62,824 nt of DNA, filler included, from Octopus bimaculoides (GCF_001194135.2; 5 parts of 5 records of this genome joined end to end with filler, not necessarily neighbours in it), one strand, 5' to 3'; positions 14,072-26,560 are shown, counted from the first letter of the whole stretch. Notes: generated by a model from the sequence alone, not told the origin. Made by a program: numbers and translations.

Positions 14072-14731
14072 AAATTTTGACACAAGCAACGTTGGAGGAA
14101 AGGTTAAGTCGATAACATCGACCCTAGTTTCCAACTGGTACTTGTCTTATCGACTCCGAAAAAAATGAAAAATAAAAGTCAACTTCGGCAGAATTTGAAC
14201 ATAGAACGCGAAGACGGATGAAATGCCATTCAGCGTTTCGTCCGTCCGGTTTATGATTCTGCCAGCTCACCGCCTTAATAATAATGATCCGTTCTGTTAA
14301 AGGCACAAGGCCTGAAATCTAGTGGAGGGGACTAGTTGATCATATCTACCCCAGTATTTCACTAGTACTTGATTTATCGACCTGGAAAGGATAAAGAGAA
14401 AAGTCGATTTCGGAGGAATTTGAACTCAGAACATAGCGGCAGACGAAATACCGCTAACGATTCTGCCAGCTCACCGCCTTAATGATGACAATGAGAATAA
14501 AAATAATAATAATAATAATCCTTTCTATTATAGGGACAAGGCCAGTCTTTTGAGAGGAGGGGGATTGTCGAATACATCGTCCCCAGTGTTTCACTGGTAC
14601 TTAATTTATCGTCACCAAAAGGACGAAAGGTAAAGTAGACCTCGGAGAAATTTGAACTCAGAACGTAGCGACGGGCGGAATACTGCTAAGCATTTCGTGC
14701 AGCGTGATAACGATTCTGCCAGCTCGCCGCC
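14072..14731 (-). mobile_element. Three tandem SINE family A copies separated by (TAA)n
   Basis: Three copies of ...aaagtcgac(c/t)tcgg..gaatttgaactcagaac..gc..gaaatac.gctaa...gattctgccagctc.ccgcc, ending at about 14274, 14478 and 14731. Confidence 0.9.
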
Positions 14732-14749
14732 CGTATAATAATAATAATG

Positions 14750-14825
<76 letters not shown>

Positions 14826-15472
14826 TGATTAATTTGAAGGGGATGAAGAAGGGGGGAGGTGCATGAGGAGTGATAAAAATACAGAAGGATGGACTTTGAA
14901 GAAAAAAATTGGTGTTGATGACTCGAAGAAAACCATATTTTGTTATTTAATCATGGCTTGAAAATTTGATGTTGCATACATAAATACATACGTACAAACA
15001 CACACATGTATACACACACACACACACTCACACACACACACACACACACACACACGTATATATAAGTATTTGTCTGTGTGCGTAAGAATGTATATTATAA
15101 ATACAGAACGTTGGTAATTACATGTTATGTCGGAGCAAACTAATTATAACGTATATATTATTAATTAACTATTACGAACGAACACAGACGGTCAATAACA
15201 AACTGTAAAAAACATCGACACCATCAGCAGCGACAAACTTGAGTTGAGACTTTAACTATCCTCATCATCATTCACCATCGCATCGTCGTCGTAATCGTCA
15301 TCACCTCAACGACGACGACGACGACGACCACCACCACCACCACCACCACCACAACCGCTAACAGCAACAACAACAACAACAACTCCACCCCAGTAACTCA
15401 ATCACCTCTTCTATCATTAGCGTTATCATCATCACCAACATCATCATCGTCATCGTCATCGTAAGCGTAAGC

Positions 15473-15572
15473 NNNNNNNNNNNNNNNNNNNNNNNNNNNN
15501 NNNNNNNNNNNNNNNNTTAATTAATTAANNNNNNNNNNNNNNNNNNNNNNNNNNNNNNNNNNNNNNNNNNNN
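15473..15572. other. Synthetic scaffold-join linker (44 N + TTAATTAATTAA + 44 N)
   Basis: Exactly 100 nt and identical to three other blocks in the window. The 12-mer puts a TAA stop in all six frames. Confidence 0.95.
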
Positions 15573-15591
15573 CTCATTATGAAGAGTAAAT

Positions 15592-15629
<38 letters not shown>

Positions 15630-15639
15630 CATTTTTTTG

Positions 15640-16009
15640 TTTAGTTATTTCAGTCATTAGACTGCCGCCACTCTGGAGCACCACCTTTAAGAATATTTAA
15701 TTGAATGACTTGACCTCAGTACTTATTTTTCTGAAGCCTGGTACTCTGGCATTTTGTTGGTCTCTTTTGCCAAACTGCTAAGTTATGGGGATATAGACAC
15801 ACCGACACTGCTTGTCAAGTGAAGGTGAGGGGTAAAACACAGACACAAACACACAAACACATAGTTTCTGTCTACCAAATCCACTCACAAGGCTTTGGTC
15901 AGCCTATAGCTATAGTAAGACACTTGCCCCAAAGTGCCATCTAGTGGAACTGAGCCCAGAATCATGAGGTTGGGAAGCAAACTTCTTACCACACAGCCAT
16001 GCCTACACC
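15640..16009 (-). mobile_element. SINE family B, near full length
   Basis: Reverse complement starts with a tRNA-like head aggtgtaggcatggctgtgtggtaagaagtttgcttcccaacc..ggttctgggctcagttccact, followed by the family B body and 3' end. Confidence 0.88.
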
Positions 16010-16343
16010 TATATATATATATATATATATATATATNNNNNNNNNNNNNNNNNNNNNNNNNNNNNNNNNNNNNNNNNNNNNNNNNNNNNNNNNNNNNNNN
16101 NNNNNNNNNNNNNNNNNNNNNNNNNNNNNNNNNNNNNNNNNNNNNNNNNNNNNNNNNNNNNNNNNNNNNNNNNNNNNNNNNNNNNNNNNNNNNNNNNNNN
16201 NNNNNNNNNNNNNNNNNNNNNNNNNNNNNNNNNNNNNNNTATACACACACACACACATGCACATGCACACATAAATACGGAATGATTTACTTTACAATAT
16301 ATTTTTATTGATGTTGTTTTCTTTCTTTCATTATTATCATTAC

Positions 16344-16395
<52 letters not shown>

Positions 16396-16499
16396 GGAAA
16401 TACTTGTGACTTTAACTCATCAACAGTTTTTCTTCTTCCTAGTCAGAGCGAAGGAATGTAGAATAATAAAGATTTCTAACATTGGCACAGGTCCACACA

Positions 16500-16930
16500 G
16501 TTAATAGTAGTAGTAGTTGTTATAGTAGTAGTGGTGGTGGTGATGGTGGTGGTGGTGGTTGTAGTATCGGTTGTGGTGGTAGTGGTGGTTGTAGTATTGG
16601 TGGTGGTGGTACTAGTAGCAGTGGTAGTAGTATTTGTTATAGTTGTAGTAAGACTGTAGCAATAGTTTTAGTAGTAGTGTTGGTAGTAGCAATAGAAGCA
16701 GTTATTGTAGTAGTGGTGGTGGTGGTGATGGTGTTGGTGGTGGTAATAGTGATGGCGGTGGTAGTTGTGGTGATGGTGGTTGTAGTATTGGTGGAGATAG
16801 TACAAGCAGTGGCAGTAGTAGTAGTAGTAGGAGGAGGAGGAGGAGGAGGAGGAGTAGCGGTAGTGGTGGTGGTGGTGGTGGTGGTGGTTGCAGTATTGGT
16901 GGTGGTGATGGTGGTAGTAGTGTTAGTAGC
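16500..16930. repeat. Degenerate GTA/GTG/GGA triplet microsatellite
   Basis: Direct reading. Confidence 0.9.
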
Positions 16931-17792
16931 GTAGCAGACATAACCTGATTGTATTAGTTAACTGGTACTNNNNNNNNNNNNNNNNNNNNNNNNNNNNNNN
17001 NNNNNNNNNNNNNNNNNNNNNNNNNNNNNNNNNNNNNNNNNNNNNNNNNNNNNNNNNNNNNNNNNNNNNNNNNNNNNNNNNNNNNNNNNNNNNNNNNNNN
17101 NNNNNNNNNNNNNNNNNNNNNNNNNNNNNNNNNNNNNNNNNNNNNNNNNNNNNNNNNNNNNNNNNNNNNNNNNNNNNNNNNNNNNNNNNNNNNNNNNNNN
17201 NNNNNNNNNNNNNNNNNNNNNNNNNNNNNNNNNNNNNNNNNNNNNNNNNNNNNNNNNNNNNNNNNNNNNNNNNNNNNNNNNNNNNNNNNNNNNNNNNNNN
17301 NNNNNNNNNNNNNNNNNNNNNNNNNNNNNNNNNNNNNNNNNNNNNNNNNNNNNNNNNNNNNNNNNNNNNNNNNNNNNNNNNNNNNNNNNNNNNNNNNNNN
17401 NNNNNNNNNNNNNNNNNNNNNNNNNNNNNNNNNNNNNNNNNNNNNNNNNNNNNNNNNNNNNNNNNNNNNNNNNNNNNNNNNNNNNNNNNNNNNNNNNNNN
17501 NNNNNNNNNNNNNNNNNNNNNNNNNNNNNNNNNNNNNNNNNNNNNNNNNNNNNNNNNNNNNNNNNNNNNNNNNNNNNNNNNNNNNNNNNNNNNNNNNNNN
17601 NNNNNNNNNNNNNNNNNNNNNNNNNNNNNNNNNNNNNNNNNNNNNNNNNNNNNNNNNNNNNNNNNNNNNNNNNNNNNNNNNNNNNNNNNNNNNNNNNNNN
17701 NNNNNNNNNNNNNNNNNNNNNNNNNNNNNNNNNNNNNNNNNNNNNNNNNNNNNNNNNNNNNNNNNNNNNNNNNNNNNNNNNNNNNNNNNNNN

Positions 17793-17839
<47 letters not shown>

Positions 17840-17852
17840 GTATACATATATA

Positions 17853-17985
17853 CAACGGGCTTCTTTCAGTTTCCGTCTACCAAATCCACTCACAAGGCTT
17901 TGGTCGGCCCGAGGCCATAGTAGAAGGCACTTGCCCAAGATCCCACGCAGTGGGACTGAACCCGGAACCATGTAGTTGGTAAGCA
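17853..17985 (-). mobile_element. SINE family B, 5' half
   Basis: cgggcttctttcagtttccgtctaccaaatccactcacaaggctttggtcggcccgaggccatagtagaaggcacttgcccaag..gtgggactgaacccggaaccatgt. Confidence 0.88.
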
Positions 17986-18132
17986 CGTTTTCTGAATCAC
18001 TTTCACTCGCACTAGACTCACGCACACCATCACTTGTAGACGCGGCTGCCGATCCACAAGCACTTTCTTTTCGCTCTCTATAAATTTCTTGGTAACACGC
18101 AGAAGCATTTATGGTAGTAGAAACTTTTGCAC

Positions 18133-18365
18133 AAGTCAGCGAGCTGGCAGAAACGTTAGCACGCCGGGCGAAATGCTTAGCGGTATTTCGTCTGCCGCTA
18201 CGTTCTGAGTTCAAATTCCGCCGAGGTCGACTTTGCCTTTCAGCCTTTCGGGGTCGATTAAATAAGTACCAGTTACGCACTGAGGTCGATATAATCGACT
18301 TAATCCGTTTGTCTGTCCTTGTTTGTCCCCTCTGTGTGTAGCCTCTTGTGGGCAGTGAAGAAATA
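18133..18365 (+). mobile_element. SINE family A, full-length, little-diverged copy with a 14-bp TSD
   Basis: A-box-like TGGCAGAAACGTT, B-box GAGTTCAAATTCC and core GTCGACTTTGCCTTTCAGCCTTTCGGGGTCGATTAAATAAGTACCAG. The direct repeat AGAAACTTTTGCAC lies at 18119-18132 and 18366-18379. Confidence 0.92.
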
Positions 18366-18429
18366 AGAAACTTTTGCACTTTGTCCAAAATCTGGATTTT
18401 GTGCTTGAAAAATTTATAATAAAATAAAA

Positions 18430-19900
18430 CTCATAAACCCGGTGTCTTTAACTTTCATGTCTGAATAGTCGGCGCTAGTTTTCGAAAATCTTGACGAGAA
18501 TTTTGAGTTCGACTTAAAGCCATAGTTTTGTGCGAGGTTGTCACAGACATGCAAAAGTACAACTAGACTATCTTGCGTTCCTTCTCAGGCAAAAAAAAAA
18601 TAATATAATAATAATAATGAATAAATAAATAAAAAGACGTCATCAATGAATCGTAACCAGAGTATTGGTTCACGGCCGTGCAGGGATTTAAATGTTTTCA
18701 GTAACTGTTTTTCGAATGTTGTCACGAAGACGTCAACAAAGTTAACTGCCATGGGAGTACCTCCATGACACATTGCTTCGTCTGATGGTAATATTTTTGT
18801 TTTTCGAAACTTGATTGTGTTGCTTTGTGATACAAACTTCAATAACCTGCAGGGGGAATTTGATGGAATAACCATTTTGTTTAACTATTTTCAAAGACGT
18901 CCATACATGGTTTCACTCCTACATAATGGTCAATGTTAAGTTAAAATGAAGAAACATCCGTTGTTAACAAAACAAAAAGAAAGAAAGAAAAACAGTTTTA
19001 GAAACTATTTGGTATTTAGAAAAATTGTTAATTTTGGAAACAAAATCAGAAATACTTCGAATATAAGAGATCGATTTGGGGTGGTGGGGGCTACAGGAAG
19101 TAGAAAGCATCCAATCGCTCTGAAATTGCCTGTACAACATTCATACCTGCTGCAAAATGGGAAGAAATTTTTCAAACTCTTTGTGCTTTGGAAGGCTGTG
19201 GAATACAGTGTTCTTTTCTCTGACTGCAATATTCTAGATTCAGTGTCATTTACAAAATTGTTTTCCTCCATTTCCAAAATCATTTTGTCAAGTTCTTTTC
19301 TGTAATTAGGGTTTGGATCGACAACTAATTCTTCAGAAGTGTTGTCACTTTAAGATTCTTCAACGAGCTGCAAAATACTCATTTTTGTCTATAATTACAA
19401 TAGCACCTCCCTTATCTGCCATTTTATTAGCAATATAATCATTGTTAGCTAGGCGACGGAGTGCACTCGTTGGGAATTTGTGAGGTTATTCCAGATCTTC
19501 CTACTTGTTATAAGGTTTTCTCTAATGCTTGCCTCACAAAACTCAAGAAATTCTAGCAGTGTTTGTGATCATCCCTCTCGAACACCATCCGGGTACCAAT
19601 TTGGATTTTTCGCGATCTAATCATCATCATCATTTTCAATAAGATCGTCTGATTTCTAATAACCCTTTTAATTAAAAAAAAATATTTTTTTCAAACTTGT
19701 GATGGATGACATACTGAAATAAACCTTGAACTAGTTTATTTTCGTCAAAATTCTCAGTACTCGGGCAAAATCTCTGTCCAATCTCTAAGACAGAAATATC
19801 GTCTGGTAACAGTTTTAACTTTAATAAATTTATGACCGACTTATTTTCTAACGTTGATAGATTTCCTTGGGCAAGCGTGTTTTTCATATTATTTCTTTCA
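18430..19900 (-). mobile_element. Penelope-like retroelement relic (RT region, many stops and frameshifts)
   Basis: Minus-strand fragments appear in PLE order: VINLLKLKLLPDDISVLEIGQRFCPST (cf. VINLS..LT..E..LL.KGL.FCPT), then GGTPMAVNFVDVFVTTFEKQLL..HGREPILWLRFIDDVFL (RT motif with [Y/F]xDD), then FKSNSKFSSRFSKTSADYSDMKVK (cf. ..KF...S..S..FLD..VK). Confidence 0.8.
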
Positions 19901-20397
19901 TTAGATTTCTGATTGTCTTGATTTTCGTTGAAATTCTACACTTAAATCATGTGTACTATTGGGCGACAAAATTTTTCACTTCTTTTTCTATATTTTAACC
20001 AGTTATGAACAAACAAAACTTTGAATCTTTTTTCCTTATGAAAGATGGTCTAATGCAATTTTTGAATATTTGCATTTCTGTTTACTTTACATTTTTCATT
20101 ATTTTTGTCATATTTTGAATCTGAGAAAGACAGACGTATTGTTGAAATACTCATATATAATCGGTATTTATTTTAGGGGAGGGGGTTTATTACATATCGC
20201 GCCCATCTAAATGTTTAATCTGGTTTGTTATATGATTTACATCATTGTGATAATGAGACCGAAAAAGACATCAATATGGGCAGGGGCAACAAAAGTAATT
20301 CATTTTAAACTTTAACGAAGTAACAGAGGAGGGTTTAATTGTTTCAGATCGTGGTTCTTCACTAACTGACAGTAAGAGAATTAAGGGAGAAGACAAC

Positions 20398-20612
20398 ATG
20401 GTATCGCCTCCTCACCCGCTCTATTCACCAGATTTAGTACCTGCGGACTTCCATCTCTTCTCCAAGATGAAAATACAACTCAAAGGTGGCCGTTTTAACA
20501 CCGTTGTGGAGATCAAGAGTGAATCGCAGAAGGTCCTTGACTCGCTTACGGAAAACGACTTCCAGGCCAGATTCCAAAAGTGGCAGGAACGCTGGGACCA
20601 ATGTATTGCTGC
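20398..20612 (+). mobile_element. mariner (DD34D) transposase C-terminal fragment
   Basis: PHPLYSPDLVPADFHLFSKMKIQLKGGRFNTVVEIKSESQKVLDSLTENDFQARFQKWQERWDQCIAA carries the YSPDL.P.D motif typical of mariner. Confidence 0.9.
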
Positions 20613-21120
20613 TTCAATACAGGGTCAGAAGCGGTAGCATACTCGAATTGACAATCTTTATCAATTTTGGACATAATACTGGACATAAGAGATTGTGTGG
20701 TATTATGGTGAGGGGGCTGTTAACTGACCTTTCTTTCAACTACGTCCCATATGTAATAGTCCAGTGGATTGAGGTCTGGTGAGCTTTGGAGGCCATGTGT
20801 CTGGGATACCATGATCATGGAGATTGGCAAGCGTTCACAATTGGGTTGTGACTGCACAGAGTCTTGTTGGAATACATACGGTCTACTGTTGCATACTCTG
20901 TCTATCCAGGGCCTGACAACTTTCTCCAGCACCTTTATGTAAAGAGTGGCATTGAACTTTAAGCTCTGCGGAAAAAAAAAAAAGCAAAGAGGTATGGCAT
21001 CTCCCTAGTTGCTGACAACTTCTGAAACCATCACAGTTGCTGGGAACTTAGTATGCCTGACCGTTAGAACTTCATTAGGATCCCTGCATACCACACGATG
21101 GCATCGAACGCGAGACCTAA
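20605..21120 (-). mobile_element. maT/DD37D-like Tc1-mariner transposase relic (catalytic domain)
   Basis: Fragments CRDPNEVLTVRHTKFPATVMVSEVVSN / LEKVVRPWIDRVCNSRPYVFQQDS / SSPDLNPLDYYIWDVVER / IRVCYRF*PCIEAAI. The third catalytic residue is D (PLDY). Confidence 0.85.
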
Positions 21121-21714
21121 TGAATTGCGAAACCATACCACACATCCATCCATTCACCCATCCTTCCAGCCATCCAGACAGACAGACAGACGATAATAGA
21201 TAGACAGGCAGATAGACGTGTGTACAAACATATAACTTGTTTATGCTGTATGTAATATGATAGAACGCACATATACACGCTCTCTCTGACACAAACACTC
21301 ACACGCCCACAAAGACATACACACACAAACACGCACGCACGCACGCACGCACGCATGCACGCACAGCGTGCTTCTGCCGTAAAGTCGTAGAATAATACAT
21401 TTTAGGTGATTACACGCCGAAACCGCTATTTGCATATGATATTACACAAGGAAACGAAATTTGTCTAGAGAAAACAGCTGTATCCACCATAATCATCATT
21501 TTTATGCTTACTGGGGAGAAGATGAAGTGTGTGTGTGTGAAAGAGAGAGAGTAGAGGAAGAAGGATGCTTGTACCTGTTGAGCTTTGCAAATCCAGTTAT
21601 TTTTAACTTAGCGATGAGAAACTCTCTCTCAATGTTAGCACGCCGTCATGATGTAGAATTTACAAATAATGAACACATCAGAATGAAATGAACCTAAATG
21701 AAATGTTTCTATTT

Positions 21715-21750
<36 letters not shown>

Positions 21751-22190
21751 CGAGAGAGAGAGAGAGAGATTCTCGGGCAAAGATTTCTCTCTTACAAAGA
21801 TAGACAAAAATAGACAGAAAAATTCTTCCAGTCTTACTACACCAGCTCGTCTGTGTATGTGTTCGCATACCCATACGAATGTGTGTGTGTGCGTGTGTGT
21901 GTGTATGTGTGATAGATATAGAGATGATACACTCTATTTTTAATCGGCAGAAAGATACAAATATAAACACACACACACACACACACACACAGTGAGGCCT
22001 TAAGACATGCACATACTGGGCAGTCATCCAAGGGCCTCACGGGTCTGGGGACCTAATTCTAATCTTTGTATGCCGTGGTTTGCTGTTAATAATTATAGGG
22101 CCCAGTACACTGATTTGCCCAGAGGCCTACAATGCTGTGAAGACGGCTCTCCCCACACACACGCACATATATATGCATATATTATGTATT

Positions 22191-22322
22191 AGCGGTGTTT
22201 CGTCCGTCTTTACGTTCTGAGTTCAAATTCCGCCAAGGTTGACTTTGCCTTTCATCCTCTCAGGATCGATAAATTAGGTAACCCTCTCCCAAATTCCAGG
22301 ACTTTTGTCTATAATAGAAAGG

Positions 22323-22327
<5 letters not shown>
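22191..22327 (+). mobile_element. SINE family A, partial, with (ATT)n-type tail
   Basis: ttagcggtgtttcgtccgtctttacgttctgagttcaaattccgccaaggttgactttgcctttcatcc ... tctataatagaaaggattattatt. Confidence 0.85.
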
Positions 22328-22378
<51 letters not shown>

Positions 22379-22413
22379 TACTACTACTACTACTACTACT
22401 ATTATTATTATTA

Positions 22414-23398
22414 TTTGTTCACACCCAACAGATTAAGGTGACACTAGTTTACTGGTCATGCTGCAAGAACCTTGCGAAGAATTCCTGCAATTCCAAGCAA
22501 TGCTGATTTTTGTAGGTGTTCTACTTTCACACTTGCACCGATCTTTTCCAGCCCTGTTAGTAGTTGAGTGCTGATACTTCCAAGTGTACCAATTACTCTT
22601 GGTATCACGTCTACTCTCTTCATTGACCACAACCTTCGTATTTCCCACTCTAAATCATCATAGTTATTCTATTTTTTTTTCTTCTTTCACATTAATCCTG
22701 TTGTCTCCGAGACATGCTATGTTGATTATCATGCTTGTTCTTTCTATTTTATTCGCCAAGACAATGTCCGATTTCCGATGTCTGGTCAGGTGGTCGCACT
22801 GGATCGTTGTATCCCACAAGATTTTGAAATTCTCATTCTCGGTGACTCCTTCTGGGGTTTGCTCATACCACATCTTTGCTCTTTGTAGGCCATGATTTCC
22901 ACAGAGCTCCTAATGGATCATTCTTGCTACATTGTCATGGCGTCCTTTGTATTCGCGTTGTGCCAAATTCGGGCATTCGCTAATGATGTGCCATACCGTT
23001 TCACCTCTCTCACTACACATTCTGCATTTATCGCTGTCAGTAATGTTGTCTATTCTGCACTTTACATAATTGGTCCTTAACGCATGTTCCTGAGCTGTGC
23101 AAATGAGTGTTTCTGTCTCAATCTTCAGGTCACTCCTCCTCATCCATAGCCACCGGTCCTTTATATCTGTCTTCGCGTTCACATCTCTTGCAAACTGATC
23201 ATACATTTTTTTTCTTCCATGCTTTTTTTTGCGTGTGTGTTCATTTCTCGTTTGAATTTTTCATTCATTACACAATTTTCAGTTTTGATGACGCCAGCCT
23301 TCTTTGTATGTTTCAACAATGGCTCCGCGGCATTTTTTGTATACTACCCTAAGCTGTTTTCCTCTGCTTCGATGCAGTCCTGGCAACTGATCAAACCT
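22414..23398 (-). mobile_element. R4/Dong-like (restriction-like endonuclease clade) non-LTR retrotransposon, 5'-truncated 3' end, copy 1
   Basis: GLISCQDCIEAEENSLG, WKKKMYDQF, DLKIETETLICTAQEHALRTNY, CCHC knuckle CRMCSERGETVWHIISEC, REYKGRHDNVAR, KILWDTTIQCDHLTRHRKSDIV. Followed on its sense strand by an (AAT/AGT)n tail. Confidence 0.88.
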
Positions 23399-23443
23399 CA
23401 AATTATTATCATCATTATTATTATTATTACTATTATTATTATT

Positions 23444-23920
23444 GTCTTTGCACAGTTTCTAACGCTGGAGATGTACTACGGTGTCAGCTGTTCACTACCA
23501 GTTAACTAAGGTAACACCCCTTATTTTTCGAGCACCCTCCGGAGTATTCGAGCAATTCCAAGCAGTGCTGTTTTCTGCAAGTGCTCCACCCTTATTGCAG
23601 CTCCTATTTGTTCCATGTACTTCTCAAGATTTTTACACACTGTCCTCAGGGCTCCGACAATTATTGGTACCACTATCACCTTTTTCAGCAACCACAACTG
23701 TTTAACCTCTCAAGCTAACCTGTTATATCTATCGACTTTTCTTTCTTCCTTATCGCATACCTTGTTGTCAGCTGGGCATGCTCCTATATCTATGATCCAG
23801 CATAGTTTGCTTTCTCAATTAACACTGTCTGGTTTCCTATTCTCTATTTCATGTTCGCACTGAATCATAAAATTCCATAGGATCTTTGCATTATCTTTTA
23901 CAATGATGCCTTCGTACCAC

Positions 23921-23921
<1 letters not shown>
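23444..23921 (-). mobile_element. R4/Dong-like retrotransposon 3' end, copy 2 (different subfamily)
   Basis: KWYEGIIVKDNAKILWNFMIQCEHEIENRKPD..WIIDIGACPADNKVCDKEERKVDRY..VVPIIVGALRTV..LQKTALLGIARILRRVLEK*, then a short 3' UTR. (TAA)n lies on both sides. Confidence 0.88.
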
Positions 23922-23956
<35 letters not shown>

Positions 23957-23957
<1 letters not shown>

Positions 23958-24378
23958 GTGAGAGAGCAGTGCATGCCATCAAAATGACACTAGGGTAAAA
24001 TATACGACGCCTAGTACACCAGGCAAATGCATTACAACCATATGTGCGCGACAGGGGTGATCTCATATCAAGATAAACAGCACATGACCTTGCAAGTGGG
24101 GCCCAGTTAGAATTTTCTTTAAGTTAAGTAGCCCATACGAACGAAACACCCATATTTCCAGAGGTGAATTATTCAAACCCCAAAGAATTCCTCTCAACAC
24201 ATGACTATGATGCCCCACCACCACCATCACCACTGCTGCTCGTGATCAGAGATGCACATACCGCCAACCACTAACATGCTCAAGTGGTTAAGGTCAAACA
24301 ACTGACAAGCAAATCTGTGGTATTGAGCAGAATATTTGCTGTAAGCCATCTTTTATAGCAAGACAAAACAATGTACAA
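23957..24378 (-). mobile_element. Interspersed repeat family C (TAA-embedded, no ORF seen), partial
   Basis: Reverse complement of the 51818-52376 copy (gtgagagagc.gtgcatg.catcaaa.tgacact.gggtaaaatatacga ... ggttaaggtcaaacaact..caaatctgtggtattgagcagaatatttgctgta). Confidence 0.8.
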
Positions 24379-24406
24379 GTTCTTCTTCTTCTTCTTCTTC
24401 TTCTTC

Positions 24407-24448
<42 letters not shown>

Positions 24449-24739
24449 NNNNNNNNNNNNNNNNNNNNNNNNNNNNNNNNNNNNNNNNNNNNNNNNNNNN
24501 NNNNNNNNNNNNNNNNNNNNNNNNNNNNNNNNNNNNNNNNNNNNNNNNNNNNNNNNNNNNNNNNNNNNNNNNNNNNNNNNNNNNNNNNNNNNNNNNNNNN
24601 NNNNNNNNNNNNNNNNNNNNNNNNNNNNNNNNNNNNNNNNNNNNNNNNNNNNNNNNNNNNNNNNNNNNNNNNNNNNNNNNNNNNNNNNNNNNNNNNNNNN
24701 NNNNNNNNNNNNNNNNNNNNNNNNNNNNNNNNNNNNNNN

Positions 24740-24788
<49 letters not shown>

Positions 24789-25509
24789 TAAGATTTTATT
24801 CTACGTAAACACCGAATAAAAATTCTCTCTCTCTTTCTCCAATATTTGTGTGTGTGATTACGAAAGGATGCTGCGTAAAGTAAATGGATCTCGATCGGTT
24901 GCGACGATAATTATACCAGTGTTTTTGTCTTTGTATTTAAATCATTTGAACAACCAACCCCTTAAGTCACAATGAAAGTCGCTGAGTACTCCATAGACAC
25001 TTCTGTCCTTTGCTTAGTTCTCAGTCACAATCAGCATCACTCAATGTATGACAAAGCAAGACGTTTGAATTACAGGTACAATCCACCCAAAGAGCTTCTA
25101 TGCAGTTTCCATTTTCTTGTTTCCTTCACAAAGAATGGATCTACTCAAGATGTCATGCAGAGGGATCGAACCCGTAGACTCATGATAGCGAAACGAACTT
25201 CTTACGTATTCGGCCGTGTCATTCTGAAACTATGCAAAATTCATGCGTCCCCTCCCTCTCACTGTCTATCAATCTGTCTGTGTCTGTTTCAGATATACAT
25301 TCACGTACACACACACACGCGCGCGCACACGCACACACACACACACACATACACACACACACACAAACATACATACACGTGCACGTTAGCGTAATATCTA
25401 TCTCTTGTCAGCAATTCGTAATCTTTCTGCTTCAAGTCCTGCTACATTTTCTTCTAGCATTGCCCTGTCTGTTTACCTGACTGCTTGTCTCACTGGCTGT
25501 TACCCCAAC

Positions 25510-25540
<31 letters not shown>

Positions 25541-25972
25541 GCCCACTCCCTCATATTTCCTTCTCCCTTCTTCCATTTTTCTCAGCACAACCAGACTTTT
25601 CTCCTTCCACATTTCTGATTTTATTGTTACCTCTCTAACACCTCCTTTTTATACAGTAGAATTCTTTCCTCTTCCCATATTTATTTTACTTGCGTTACTT
25701 GCTCCACACTCACTGTTCCTGTTCCATTCCTTCTTATATTTCACTAACTGCTCACCCGACTACCTGTCTCGTTTGTCAAATGACTGCTAGTTATCTTCCT
25801 CTCTCTCTCTCACTCTCTCTTTTTCTCTTACCCTTATATCTATCTATCTAATCCACCTCTATTTAGAATATTTCCTTTTTCTCTCTTCCACCTCTCTCAG
25901 ATCAGCCACTTCAGGACGAGAAAATCAGTAAACAAAAAGGAACATATGACTTGGACTTTTATATAGAGTGAT

Positions 25973-26017
<45 letters not shown>

Positions 26018-26560
26018 CTATCTATCCCCTCCCTTTTTCATCCATGTCTCAGTGTGTCCGTCTTTGTTAACAAGTAATAAGATGTGATTTGGCAGAAATT
26101 TGGTTGTTATATCTTGTAGGTCGAGTTGATACGTATTTGTTCGGTATATATTATATAGATGATTATAAAAGAATGTTACCTTACATAGTAAACACAGTAC
26201 AAAATCTCAGACATACGCACCATCTCTGGACATTGAGGGAGTCTCTGGGCATTCACTTCACCTGCTGGAAACAGCCACGAAAATCTCCCTCAAATTACAA
26301 GACAACAGCAGTTGTTTTCAAACTGTACACCGTGGACTCAAAAAAATTTATAATTAAAATCTTTAGAAAATTGAAATTTATTATTAAACGTTTTGGTAAA
26401 CGTGTTATTCATACAGTTTAATACTCTAGTTTGACAAATAAAACAAAGAAAGAAATTCTTTGTTTTTGTTTTTTTCTGCCAAATTTTAACTTTAAAAAGG
26501 TAGTTTGTTAAACGTTCTATGAGAAGAGCTGCAATCATTTATTTATTTATTTATTCTCCA

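Noticed and set aside
15517-15528. TTAATTAATTAA as a biological motif (piggyBac site or homeodomain site)
   Set aside because: It always sits between exactly 44 N on each side, so it is an assembly linker.
16923-18388. Long ORFs (up to 476 aa) and similar ones at 27437, 44364, 49764 and 58628
   Set aside because: They are open only because they run through N-gaps; the flanking residues are SINE or microsatellite sequence.
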